Source: Albugo candida
Taxonomy: Eukaryota
Reading direction: 5' to 3'
Length of the DNA: 64,000 nt
NCBI GenBank assembly: GCA_040437565.1
Contig: JBDOQK010000003.1
Coordinates: 930,001 to 994,000 of the forward strand
The notes beneath the pieces are model-generated. The model had not been told where the DNA came from, ran no database searches, and saw nothing but the letters and a program-made list of their open reading frames with translations. Below, piece after piece: positions 21,185 to 32,742 of the stretch. The stretch's first letter is position 1, and each line of letters begins with the position of its first letter. The position numbers and the translations under genes are program-made.

Positions 21185-24096
21185 TTAATTGATATCTTTG
21201 TCTCCTACGACATGGCGCCATTCACAAGCCAATTTCTGGTCCATTGGCTCTTTGAGCCAAAATTGTATTTCAGGAAGAAGAAAAGTCTGATGTTCCTCTT
21301 CAACCCAAACCTTTTTCAATTCCGCTCGTGAACGAATGTTTCTCCTTTGTAGCGCCAACGGAAGTTTTTGTATCTTTGCTTCAAACTTTTGACGCAACAG
21401 CAACATGGACGCGTATTTGAGATGACTGCTGAAACGAGCCAAATACGGTATAATCTTCCCATCAAGTAGCAATTTCGCGAGCCAGCGGTAAAAGTCGGCC
21501 TCTGTCTTGGAATGTATCGGANNNNNNNNNNNNNNNNNNNNNNNNNNNNNNNNNNNNNNNNNNNNNNNNNNNNNNNNNNNNNNNNNNNNNNNNNNNNNNN
21601 NNNNNNNNNNNNNNNNNNNNNAGCCAGAATTGTATTTCAGGAAGAAGAAAACTCTGATGATCCTCTTCAACCCAAACCTTCTTCAATTCCGCTCGTGAAC
21701 GACTGTTTCTCCTTTGTAGCGCCAACGGAAGACTTTGTATCTTTGCTTCAAACTTTTGACGCAACAGCAACATGGACGCGTATTTGAGATGACTGCTGAA
21801 ACGAGCCAAATACGGTATAATCTTCCCATCAAGTAGCAATTTCGCGAGCCAGCGGTAAAAGTCGGCCTCTGTCTTGGAATGTATCGGATATGGGATCTTA
21901 GTCGTCGGAAGCGTCCACGCGAACTTCCCATAATGAGGATGGATATAACAGTCGACTCGATCAGACTGAGCGTTATATTCCGGTTTTGGCTCATCCAAGA
22001 TCTCAGAGAAGCTGCAGAGAGTGGTGCCGAGTCCGATAGAACCGAGCCAAGACGCCTCGATAACCGTCACATTATTCATGTACGCTCGAGTTGTCCGAGT
22101 GATTTGCTGATAGACCACATACTCTGGAAGTTTGCTCGCATTTGCTGTGAATACATGGGAATGTGGATGGATGTAAATGGGTTCTTTCACGTCGCCCGTG
22201 CACGCTACATACGCACAATTCCTCTCAAACTTGGATCCTTCTTCAACCATTCCACGAGGAGCGCGACGAGCCACGTGATCCATAAAGCCAGCTGCAATGA
22301 TTTGACGTAAGACGTCTTCAGTCGGTAAAGACGGAGGGTCTAAATATGGCGATAAGGTGATTTTTGTGAATGATTCGTCTTCAGCATATAACGTATTGAC
22401 AATGCGTGTGAGTTGTTGCCGAAGTTGCAGCATTTGACTCATTATCTTTTCATGAAGAAAGTTCTCTTTGCAATACGATGAGCTACAGCCTCCGTACGCG
22501 TACGCGCCAGCAGCACGCAGAAAGCTCAAGAGATCGCTTTGAGTATTGGCCCATTGCAGTCGACGTCTCAACGTATCAGCTTTGTGCCACTCTGCTGTCA
22601 TCTCATCGATATGCTTCTCACTTTCTTCTTCCGATGTCGTAACAAAAGGAGAGTGACCTGACAAGCCTGCAACGATAGCGATTGTATACTCCAACACACC
22701 CATTTCTTTCGCTACTAGAAGCATTTTGGCAAAGCGAGCGGTGACTGGAAATTGCACGAGAAGTTGTCCCAGACGAGTGATTTCTTCTTTCGCGGAATCT
22801 TCTGTTTGCTGGACACTTATTGCGCCCAAATACTCGAGAGTTTGAATGGCTTTGACGAATGCGTGGCGATCAGGCGGCGTTGGAAATGGGAATTTTGAGA
22901 TGGTATGGATGCCCATTGCCTTCATCTGCAACACAATCTCTTCAATCGGATGGCAGAGAATTTCAGGAGGTGTGAATTTCGAAAAATCAGTATCGTACAC
23001 TGCCGAAGAATACAAACGATAGCAGTGGCCTGGTCCTGTTCGTCCTGCTCGACCTGCGCGTTGATCGGCGCTCGCTTTAGAAATCCATTGGATCTGAAAA
23101 TTAGAGATTCCGTTTTCCAAATTGTAAACCCGAGTTTTCGTACGCCCAGCATCCACAACGTATTTGATATTTGGTATGGTCAATGAGGTTTCTGCGATAT
23201 CTGTCGCGATAACAACCAAACGGTGGTGTTCCGGTGGTTCATCGAATACTCGCATTTGCTCATTTGTTGGCAGCAAAGAGTATAATGGTAACGCGTGCAT
23301 ATAAGGGACTGCTAGTGAATCGTTTGCATCCCGATCCGAGTCGATCTGTGAGCCGTGATCAGAATCATACTGCTCCGCCTCTTCACCTGTTTCGATATCG
23401 ACATCTTCTTCGGCATCGTCGTGTTCCAGTGGGACATACTCTGCATCTCCAGACAAGGATTTTGTCACTTTGCGAGGACCCTTGAAAGTTTCCACTCGTT
23501 TGGATTCCTGGCTTCCATACGCTTGGTGGAGTTTGCGCACAAGCTGCATAATCTCTTGTTGTCCGGTTAGAAAGACCAAAATGCCACCTTCCGGCAATTT
23601 GTTATGAATTCGGACAACTTTCTTAAACGCTGCTTCAACGTACTTTTCCAATTCCGTGTGTTTACTGAAATGTACTGTGACCGGATATTGTCGTGCTTCG
23701 ATCCTTAGCACTGGCGGTGGAGATGGGAACAATACCGTGTTGTTTGTGAAATCCTCCACACGCAATGTTGCAGACATAATGACCAGTTTGAGCGGCTTCA
23801 AAAGCTTTTGTATCCCCCCAAACTCATTCTTTCCTTCTACTGTCAATGCTCGGTACTCTTCCAGTTCTTCTAGCGCCAATTTTGATCGAAAGGGAACGAT
23901 ACGACTCAGCAGTCCGATCAGAATATCTGTATTGATATTGCGTTCATGAGCTTCGTCAAGAATGATGATGGAATACTGACGGAGAAGAAAGTCCTGTTGT
24001 ATTTCTTTCAGAAGAATACCGTCCGTCATGAATTTGATTCGTGTCGAGTTTGCAAAATGACTGGAATCATACCGAATTTGGTACCCAACTTGGCCG
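21185..24096 (-). CDS. DHX37: DEAH-box RNA helicase DHX37/Dhr1 (ECM16); N-terminus lost in the gap at 24097-24196
   Basis: VGYQIRYD, KFMTDGILLKEIQQDFLL, DEAHER, LKLVIMSATLRVEDF (DHX37-type), ARQYPVTVHF, GGILVFLTGQQEI, AETSLTIP, WISKASADQRAGRAGRTGPGHCYRLYSSAV, plus HA2/OB regions. Confidence 0.95.
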
Positions 24097-25203
24097 NNNN
24101 NNNNNNNNNNNNNNNNNNNNNNNNNNNNNNNNNNNNNNNNNNNNNNNNNNNNNNNNNNNNNNNNNNNNNNNNNNNNNNNNNNNNNNNNNNNNNNNNTCAA
24201 CAAGCATAGGTCATTGATGTTGAGAGTATGCGTGTCTGTAAGCACACCTTTACAATCAACTGCGAAGTTCCTTGCTGTCGCATTGTCAGGAATATGCGTA
24301 TTGCATGCGAGATTCTCACATTCAGGTTTCATCCATTTTGACTCGCATTGGTATCTACACAATAAAGCACCACTGCAACCAGTAATACGCATTCCTACCT
24401 GTATACCAAGAGCCTCTGCTCGAACAAGACTGTATTGAGTCATGACGAATTCTTTGTTTACAGAGACCCAGTAATTGAGACAGTAACGTGGGAGGACCAC
24501 CGGAAGTAGACGATCTGATTATTGACCATACGAATATGAAATGGAGCAGCATATGCACTACTGAAGATGATGAACGAAGGCATACCTGAAGTGAATCCTA
24601 GCGAGAAAGACATAACAGCCTTATGGCCGTTTACAACAATCATCAAATTGAATGACATAGACCACGGAAACAGTAACTCTAACGAGCCAGCGGTAAAAAG
24701 CAAGCAGAGCATTGTAATAATCTTACTTCAACCTGGAAAATGAAAGCATCATGCCGAAATTTTGATTGATCAGATTGAATATAATTATTAGCTCTATGGT
24801 ATCGACTACGAAATTTGAGACACTGAAACAAGACAGATAAAGTAGGAGCACTTGTTCGACGTATCAAGGTTGTCGTGGTGTAACGACATCCCTACTGTTT
24901 CCAAAATAGACTGAGAAACGGCCCAAAATTTCTTAAAAAAGGCGCGTGAAGTAGATCAATAACAAGCAAGTGTTGAGCTTGAAACAGTCTATTCGGTGAC
25001 ATTATGCTTTGCAGGAAGAGCTGGAAGTATATTTGAATGTGGGGTGTACTTATGAGAGTATTTTACAGAAGGTCTTGGTATATAAGAGGTGGTCGTGTAA
25101 CCAGCAGACCATAATAAAATGGGGATGACCACTGCAATGAAGCTTTAAGTGTGACATCAGGAAGAATTAGTGCTCATGCTAATAGCATCTTATTGCCAGA
25201 TCT

Positions 25204-26169
25204 TAATCGTTCTCAAAAGTGGTATTTGATTTACGGTTAGTTTGTTCAGCGCTTTTGAATGAACATACTGAAGCTAATGCGCTTCTGCAGGAGCTGTTTG
25301 AATATTTCGAGTCACATGAGTCACATGAGGACTATTCCCCGGGAGGAGCTAATCGTAAATTGTGGCCCAAAGGTTCCCAATCTCCCCTGGGCAATTGACA
25401 GTCGAGCCATGCTAAAAAATATGCTTTATGGGCGTGTGATCCAGGTTCGGCTACGGACACGTGAGAGAAATTGTCAGAAGCTAGGATGCAAAAAGGCTCT
25501 AGCTCCTTACATAAATGTTTGCCGGGAGACACTCTCAAATGTTNNNNNNNNNNNNNNNNNNNNNNNNNNNNNNNNNNNNNNNNNNNNNNNNNNNNNNNNN
25601 NNNNNNNNNNNNNNNNNNNNNNNNNNNNNNNNNNNNNNNNNNNTGAACATACTGAAGCTAATGCGCTTCTGCAGGAGCTGTTTGAATATTTCGAGTCACA
25701 TGAGTCACATGAGGACTATTCCCCGGGAGGAGCTAATCGTAAATTGTGGCCCAAAGGTTCCCAATCTCCCCTGGGCAATTGACAGTCGAGCCATGCTAAA
25801 AAATATGCTTTATGGGCGTGTGATCCAGGTTCGGCTACGGACACGTGAGAGAAATTGTCAGAAGCTAGGATGCAAAAAGGCTCTAGCTCCTTACATAAAT
25901 GTTTGCCGGGAGACACTCTCAAATGTTGATAAGTTGCACGCAACTTCAGCCGAAACATCACGCGGTCGTGGGGCTGTATTTTCTCCGAGCATTTCCTTGC
26001 GAAGTTCGAGGAAGTTCTTACGTCCTCCGAGTACGGCGTCGGCGTAGGCTCTAAACATTCCAAAAGTTTCTGGTAGATCTGAAGGCGCCCCCATCACTGA
26101 ATGCTGTCCATACGAGTCGAGCAGAACGACTGCAGCAATTGAGAAATTCATAGGTGTGATACGAACCAT
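25204..26169 (-). pseudogene. Putative secreted-protein pseudogene (frameshift at ~25900-25930, stop at ~25332)
   Basis: Signal-like MVRITPMNFSIAAVVLLDSYGQHSVMG. Coding continues in a second frame (KHLCKELEPFC...LAWLDCQ). Part of the gene is duplicated across the gap. Confidence 0.4.
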
Positions 26170-26619
26170 TCGGATAGTTGGTTTAGTGTGGGTAGTCGAG
26201 AGTATATTTGAAAGTGAAAGCACTCTTGCTGCCAAGTTTGATTTCCCGCAGGAGGATTGCGTCTGACGTGCGAGGGTGTTTCACCTGTGGAAATTTTAAG
26301 AGCAAATACGGGAAACATGTGTAGCATCGTCTACGCAGGTTAGGGTGAAGGCTACAACGTTTTACAACTTTGCTTAAAAGCTGGAGAGGCAATGGAGTGT
26401 AGTGAATCTCTGCTGAATAATGAATGTGAAAAAAAGATTTTTTTCCATGAAAAAGGACACAATTGCAAAGTCGAAAGCATGAATCAAACCGAAGAGTAAG
26501 AGATTTCTCGATTGAAAATTGCAAACGTGCCGCAGCGTGCTGAAGTCAACTTTGACTCACAGATAAACTCCAGCACATTCTCCTCAACTTTTTGATCTAA
26601 TGCAACGCTTCTCCCTCAT

Positions 26620-27085
26620 TTTTATGGTAAAGGTCAACGTATGCTCCTTAGTCTTTTGATAAATTTAACGCTTTTTGCTGCTTTCCTGCTAAAGTCCAAC
26701 AAATTCTCCTTTGTTTTCTGATAAAATCCAACGATGTTCCTCACTTTCCCGATGAACTCCAGTAAATTCTCCTTGGTTTTCTGATAAAATTCAACGCTTT
26801 TTGCTGCTTTCCTGCTAAAGNNNNNNNNNNNNNNNNNNNNNNNNNNNNNNNNNNNNNNNNNNNNNNNNNNNNNNNNNNNNNNNNNNNNNNNNNNNNNNNN
26901 NNNNNNNNNNNNNNNNNNNNCATATTCTCCTTTGTTTTCTGATAAAATCCAACGAAGTTCCTCACTTCCCCGATGAACTCCAGTAAATTCTCCTTGGTTT
27001 TCTGATAAAATTCAACGCTTTTTGCTGCTTTCCTGCTAAAGTCCAACATATTCTCCTTTGTTTTCTGATAGAAACCAACACTGTT
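26620..27085 (-). repeat. Tandem array of alternating 63-bp subunits (126-bp dimer) encoding 21-aa repeats
   Basis: Minus-strand translation alternates LDFSRKAAKSVEFYQKTKENL / LEFIGEVRNFVGFYQKTKENM. The array spans a gap. There are stops upstream and a frameshift in the last unit. Confidence 0.85.
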
Positions 27086-27709
27086 CCCTCCTTACGAGAT
27101 GAAATTTGAAACCTGCTTACCGCAATTCTGATGATATTAAGTGCTGTTCCTGCTCCTGACAAACTAGAGCGCATGGTCCTTCGACTATTGATGCATCAAG
27201 TGACCCATTTTGCCGCTTGCAGTGGCTTCTTCAGGGAAAACATCCTGGGCGATTCAGCGCAAAGCATTTATTTGTGGGAAAATGTATCTCTCGTCTTCGC
27301 GTCTCTTCAATCGTTTTCCTTTTACGTATAAAATCAAGTCAACATAATCATCGGTGTTTTTTATTGAGGCTAGATACACGCGTGATAATGGATGGATCTC
27401 GTCGATGCAACCTACACCACATGACACGTGGTGCGTTATCAGCCTACATACATATAGCAATGATATTCAATAAAGTTAGAGTTCAAGGTGTGTCAGACTC
27501 AGGTCCGATGTGATCATGAAAGGGCACTGAAGCTTTCCCCACGACCTACAATAAGCGAATGCGCTCAAATATAACTTGTTGAAGTGGTAGTGAATGTAAT
27601 TTAGTCATGTTGCACAACGATTATCTCTGGCGAAATTCGAGCCTGGTTTCAGGGTCAGCATCAGCTAGGATGCTTCATCCATTTTGTAGGCAATTGCGAG
27701 AGGCTTCCG

Positions 27710-27750
27710 CATTGCTTTCATTGCTTTCATTGCTTTCATTGCTTTCATTG
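27710..27750. repeat. 9-bp microsatellite (ATTGCTTTC)x4
   Basis: Direct read; encodes NES repeats on the minus strand. Confidence 0.9.
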
Positions 27751-30700
27751 CCTGAATCTCAAGTCATACGCTTGCTTTGCCTTTTGTAGGGCTAATTGGT
27801 ATATCTACTATTGTTTGGCTCTACCTATTTCTTCTTCTATCTATTCGTGAGATAATCTCTCATCCATATTTTCTGTTTGGGCAGAATGGTGCGATCTGCC
27901 ATTTTCACAGACAGTTTTGATCGCGACTCGTCCGATAAGACTCATACTTGATCAATTCAACGCACTCATCCCGCTTGAAGGTGTGCTTACTGCGATAGCG
28001 ATAGAGCGGTGATTTTGACTTCAACAATTCGATGACTTCGCGTCCTTGATATTCTTCGATACATTAGTTCAAACCAGTAAATTATCAAAATCGAGGTCAA
28101 GAGCCATCCATCATCCTTGACGGTCCAACACTTGGACTGAAGCAGTACTTGATAGAATATATCCGTTTTTATTTGTCTGCAGTACCCCAAGAATCTATCA
28201 TGAACTCATACAGATGACATGAATCTGGTGACATTGAAGCCAAGAAAGCTTGAACCAGCCAATCGAATTGTTCATGTAGTAGTTTGTTACTTGTGAACGT
28301 ACTCGATGCTCGCGGTATATTCTTGATTTCCTTGTCCTGGCAATTAAGAGCTAATGAATACTATAGGCAGGTGAGACAATTGTCCATTAGGTTTCCATTT
28401 TCAACAAAGGATGCGAGGCTTCGTCTACACTTTGAATGCTTATGAATTGGAAATCCGTCATAAATGTAGGTGTGAATATTGATGGTTATTGATGTGATGA
28501 AAGTGATAAGATTGAAGGAGTAAAAAAAGCTGCTATGAGGAACACAAGTGTACTTCTTGTTCAAAATGTTTCTTGTAGTTGCCGAATTGTAAGCTGATGT
28601 AATTCCACGAATCTGTTAGTGCATCAACGAAAGTATCAACATTATCATACGGCGCTAATGGATGGACACGTTCTGTAGTCACGGTGTGATATCCCAACAT
28701 GAGTATTACGGTTCAGTATCTGCAGTAGAGACCAGATATCAAGGTTCCATTCAAAAGGAACAGGCTTGGAATTGAATCAGGCTGAGCAATAATACTATTC
28801 AGGAGCTACTTGTTAGGGATGAAGTTCCGATCGTAGATGACTGCTCGATACCTAATGCCATTCCTCCTACCAATTTTACGACGCTCAATATTTTTTGCTT
28901 CCTGACGTCCTTGCGTTGAGTCTATCACATTGTAGAGCGAACGTCATGCATTTCTGTCGGAGAACGATCAAAGAAATCCGTCGTACAGATGGTACAACAA
29001 TCTATACCTTCATACGGAAGACTACTTGTCTGACGCCCGGGCATTTCTTTCCAGTATAAGGAGAGACTAATATTCAGACCATTCACAAGAATTGATGGCT
29101 ACTAAAAGTATGCGATCACTTCTATTTTCCGGCATACCTGCGCTAGTACTGTATGACTGCTGNNNNNNNNNNNNNNNNNNNNNNNNNNNNNNNNNNNNNN
29201 NNNNNNNNNNNNNNNNNNNNNNNNNNNNNNNNNNNNNNNNNNNNNNNNNNNNNNNNNNNNNNACAACAATCTATACCTTCATACGGAAGACTACTTGTCT
29301 GACGCCCGGGCATTTCTTTCCAGTATAAGGAGAGACTAATATTCAGACCATTCACAAGAATTGATGGCTACTAAAAGTATGCGATCACTTCTATTTTCCG
29401 GCATACCTGCGCTAGTACTGTATGACTGCTGCCAGCTGAAAATGAAAGTACGCCTCGACAGAAATATCTTTGAAGCGGCTATCTAATGGAAAGGTAGATT
29501 TGAGGTCGGCGTGACAGTTCGACGGAATTTATTCATCTCGTGCCATGTTCTTTCACAAAAAGCTCGTCATTTGTTGATTCTGCACCTCTTTTTGCCCAAT
29601 CCGTCTTCCTACTAGAGGATGATCTATTATCATGCTATTCAAACCGGGTACCTGCATTAGATGTAAGCTTGGAAGAAAATGCTATCCATCGACAATGTGA
29701 TCAGCAAAATACCGCAACGGTTCCGATATTGCGTTATACATGTAAGCGGCTACATCACCCGACGAGGCTACGACTGACGCAGCGAGTTAATGTAGCCTCT
29801 GCAATTGTACACGAAATCAGATACGAATAATGCCCAAAGCCATTTCCATTTCTGATTCTGCTCAGTGAAATTGAGGTAAACAGATCCGACTTCTTTCGAC
29901 ATATGTACTCTGATACCAAGCACTTCTCGCTGAGCATCCAATTACCACAATGTAATCATGAGGATATTAGTCATGTACTGTAGATTAAAGCTCACACGGC
30001 GAGCACCCTTTACTATCACGTAACATCTCATTTGTAGCATTGCAATCTCTTTATCTAATTAAAAAGTAGAAAGTGAATGCTATATCCGTAAGATGGTATA
30101 CGTATTCGAGTTCGTATAGTGCTCGAAACCCTAATAAGATATCTTCAATGACTTTAAACGATTGCACTAAAGATCTATCGATATTTCTTTGCGACTCTAT
30201 TCATACTTATCATCCTCTTTGCCTCTCTGCAAATCTACAGTGTTTGATGAAAAGCTCTAATTGGTACTTGACGGTTGGCGGAATCTAGTTAAGTTGAAGA
30301 GTACAGAATCTCGGCGCTGTCACGATAGGATTGGATGTACGTGTATCGGACGTCGCTGATGCTAGAATGTTCATGGATCAATGAGATCCTATCAGAAGTC
30401 ATCACAAAGTTCAAGTGGAGTTACTCAGTCAAGAGCAATCCAGCTGCGGTGTCCATTTCAGGATCTCACATGCGTTGAATTGCGCCATAGCATACAATAT
30501 AACTTCTATCGTAACACATTGAAGCAGCGGGGACTATTTTCTCGCTCTATATTCACTCCAATCCCAGCATAAAATCAGTCGAATCCAACAAACTGTCAAC
30601 ATGTGCTTATATTACGTCATCACGCATCTTCGGGACATTTCGTTTTGCATACTCTTTTGTAGCGGGAATGTAATGTTTTTAGTTTTACGTAGTCCTTTCT

Positions 30701-32073
30701 GAGTATGTTCTTACTGTTACTAGACAGAGAGCTCGCGCATTAAATTTCTAAAGCGTAGTTGGGCCATATTCTGCTTGTTCAAGATTACCATTCTTTGTAC
30801 AGAAGAGCTATCGCCGCATAAAAGGCGAATAGAAGTGAATCCAGCCTCGAGAAAGTACCAAGATACCCTATTGAATACGTTGGTCATTACCGAGAGACCC
30901 CAAATTGTCAACCACAACAAGGATTCAACATAATCGACTCCTTTGACTTTTGGTTTTTGAATGTCACAAACAGAATATAATCCTCAACCATTTCTCTCTT
31001 TAGGTAGCCAAATTCAGCCTATGGACCCAATCATCAGCTCATGGTTGTACCTTACCTACCCTTTGTGCGTAAATCATTATCTCTACCAAAGTGGCGACTA
31101 ATCGACAAAAAAGATGTCTATCATCGATAATNNNNNNNNNNNNNNNNNNNNNNNNNNNNNNNNNNNNNNNNNNNNNNNNNNNNNNNNNNNNNNNNNNNNN
31201 NNNNNNNNNNNNNNNNNNNNNNNNNNNNNNNGTCAAGCATTGAATTTTCGCTGCTAGCTCGCTTTGAGGAATTCTTGATATACGTTCAAAGTCCAGCGCA
31301 GGTCCGAGCTATAGGCAACAACTATGAACATTCGGGTATTCAGTTTGACCAGTTGCCAAACAGTAGCAGACTTTTGATTGAAAGTGACAATGTGATGTAA
31401 TGCTTCAATAGATGTGAATAGAGGCTGATTGCATTGTTTCAGTCTACGGAATTACAAGGAAAAGACGCATGCTCAATCGTGTCGTGTGAACAGCTCGATT
31501 GATAGTTCCACTCATCGAATGAATTCTGATTGTGTTCATTAATTAAGTTCATGGGGTACATATGGAGTAAGGAAATGTATATCAAAAGACTGTTAGACTT
31601 TGATTAAAGAAGTAGAATGCTTGGAAAGCTGAGATTCGAAAGATCCTTTTCAATATAATGAGTGCAACGGAGCGGCACCGGCCCTGTAAACCAATTCNNN
31701 NNNNNNNNNNNNNNNNNNNNNNNNNNNNNNNNNNNNNNNNNNNNNNNNNNNNNNNNNNNNNNNNNNNNNNNNNNNNNNNNNNNNNNNNNNNNNNNNNAAA
31801 GTCGGATATTTGGCGAATGACAGCGTTGCATTAAGACATTTCTGATGCAGGAATCTAATTTTTTATCTTGGTGATCAAGAAATTATTGCAGTAATCTACT
31901 AGCGATCGACCGTGCGCATGCGAAAACGAACTTGAACATGCCCTGGTTCGAATCACATTTTTTTGAATCATGGAATTTCGATATAGAACGTCAAACGTGG
32001 GATGCGACTAGGTCTGATTTTGGTCGATTACAGCGCTCACTGATCATTCGCATATTCACGGTCTAGTTCACAG

Positions 32074-32742
32074 ATGCTTCGAGCTCTGGCCATACCATTC
32101 AGCCTCATTTGCTTGAACGCGCAAGCTCCAGGAGATTCTGAACAACACTCAAACCCTCACGACGCTAATCAAGTGGCTACCGAATCCTTTCTACTTACAG
32201 ATAAATTCTGTTCGCAGAAAAAGAATGGTGAAGATTGCGAGAGATTGCTACTTCAATTGAAGGAGGTGTTCCAACAGAATGCGGCAGATTCAGAATCTAC
32301 TTCTCAATCTATTGAACCCAGCTGTCTAACCGAGGAAGTGCACCTACCGAAATTGATATTAAGCCAGTGTACGGAAAAAAATATCCCGGCGGGGTCGGTG
32401 AAGAATTTCTGTGTGAAAGTCGATGAAGCTGTCCGTACCGCTCTGGCATATCTGGGGAATCAAATACCGAGTTTGTCCACCATTAAAACACGCATTCCGG
32501 ATAAAGAGATTCTTGCTGTTGGGCAATTGGCAGCCGCATTATACGTATGTATATCATCGCCGAGTATTGACCCAGCAAAGAGATCATTTACCTATGACGT
32601 CGCCATTGCTATCATTTGCGGATTATCTGGGTCTTTTGCTGCTCACATTTATCATACTAATGCGATGGATGTTGTTCGATCGCAAGCTGTGACTTTAAGA
32701 TCAAGACCGGCACGCTCCACTGGTCATACGAACCAAGACTAG
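32074..32742 (+). CDS. Intact intronless 222-aa secreted Cys-containing protein (candidate effector) with a C-terminal hydrophobic segment
   Basis: Signal-like MLRALAIPFSLICLNAQA, spaced cysteines and hydrophobic VAIAIICGLSGSFAA near the C-terminus. No recognisable domain. Confidence 0.7.
   Translation: MLRALAIPFSLICLNAQAPGDSEQHSNPHDANQVATESFLLTDKFCSQKKNGEDCERLLLQLKEVFQQNAADSESTSQSIEPSCLTEEVHLPKLILSQCTEKNIPAGSVKNFCVKVDEAVRTALAYLGNQIPSLSTIKTRIPDKEILAVGQLAAALYVCISSPSIDPAKRSFTYDVAIAIICGLSGSFAAHIYHTNAMDVVRSQAVTLRSRPARSTGHTNQD

Noticed and set aside
24197..24500. N-terminal ~100 aa of the 1012-aa ORF as part of DHX37
   Set aside because: It is joined only through Ns and lacks Walker A (GETGSGKT) or any helicase similarity; it belongs to unrelated sequence across the gap.
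25259..26047. 262-aa plus-strand ORF with an apparent internal repeat
   Set aside because: The repeat is the gap-flanking duplication and the ORF reads through Ns; the minus strand looks more gene-like.
26620..27085. CRISPR-like array
   Set aside because: No unique spacers; the units are contiguous codon-length repeats in a eukaryotic context.
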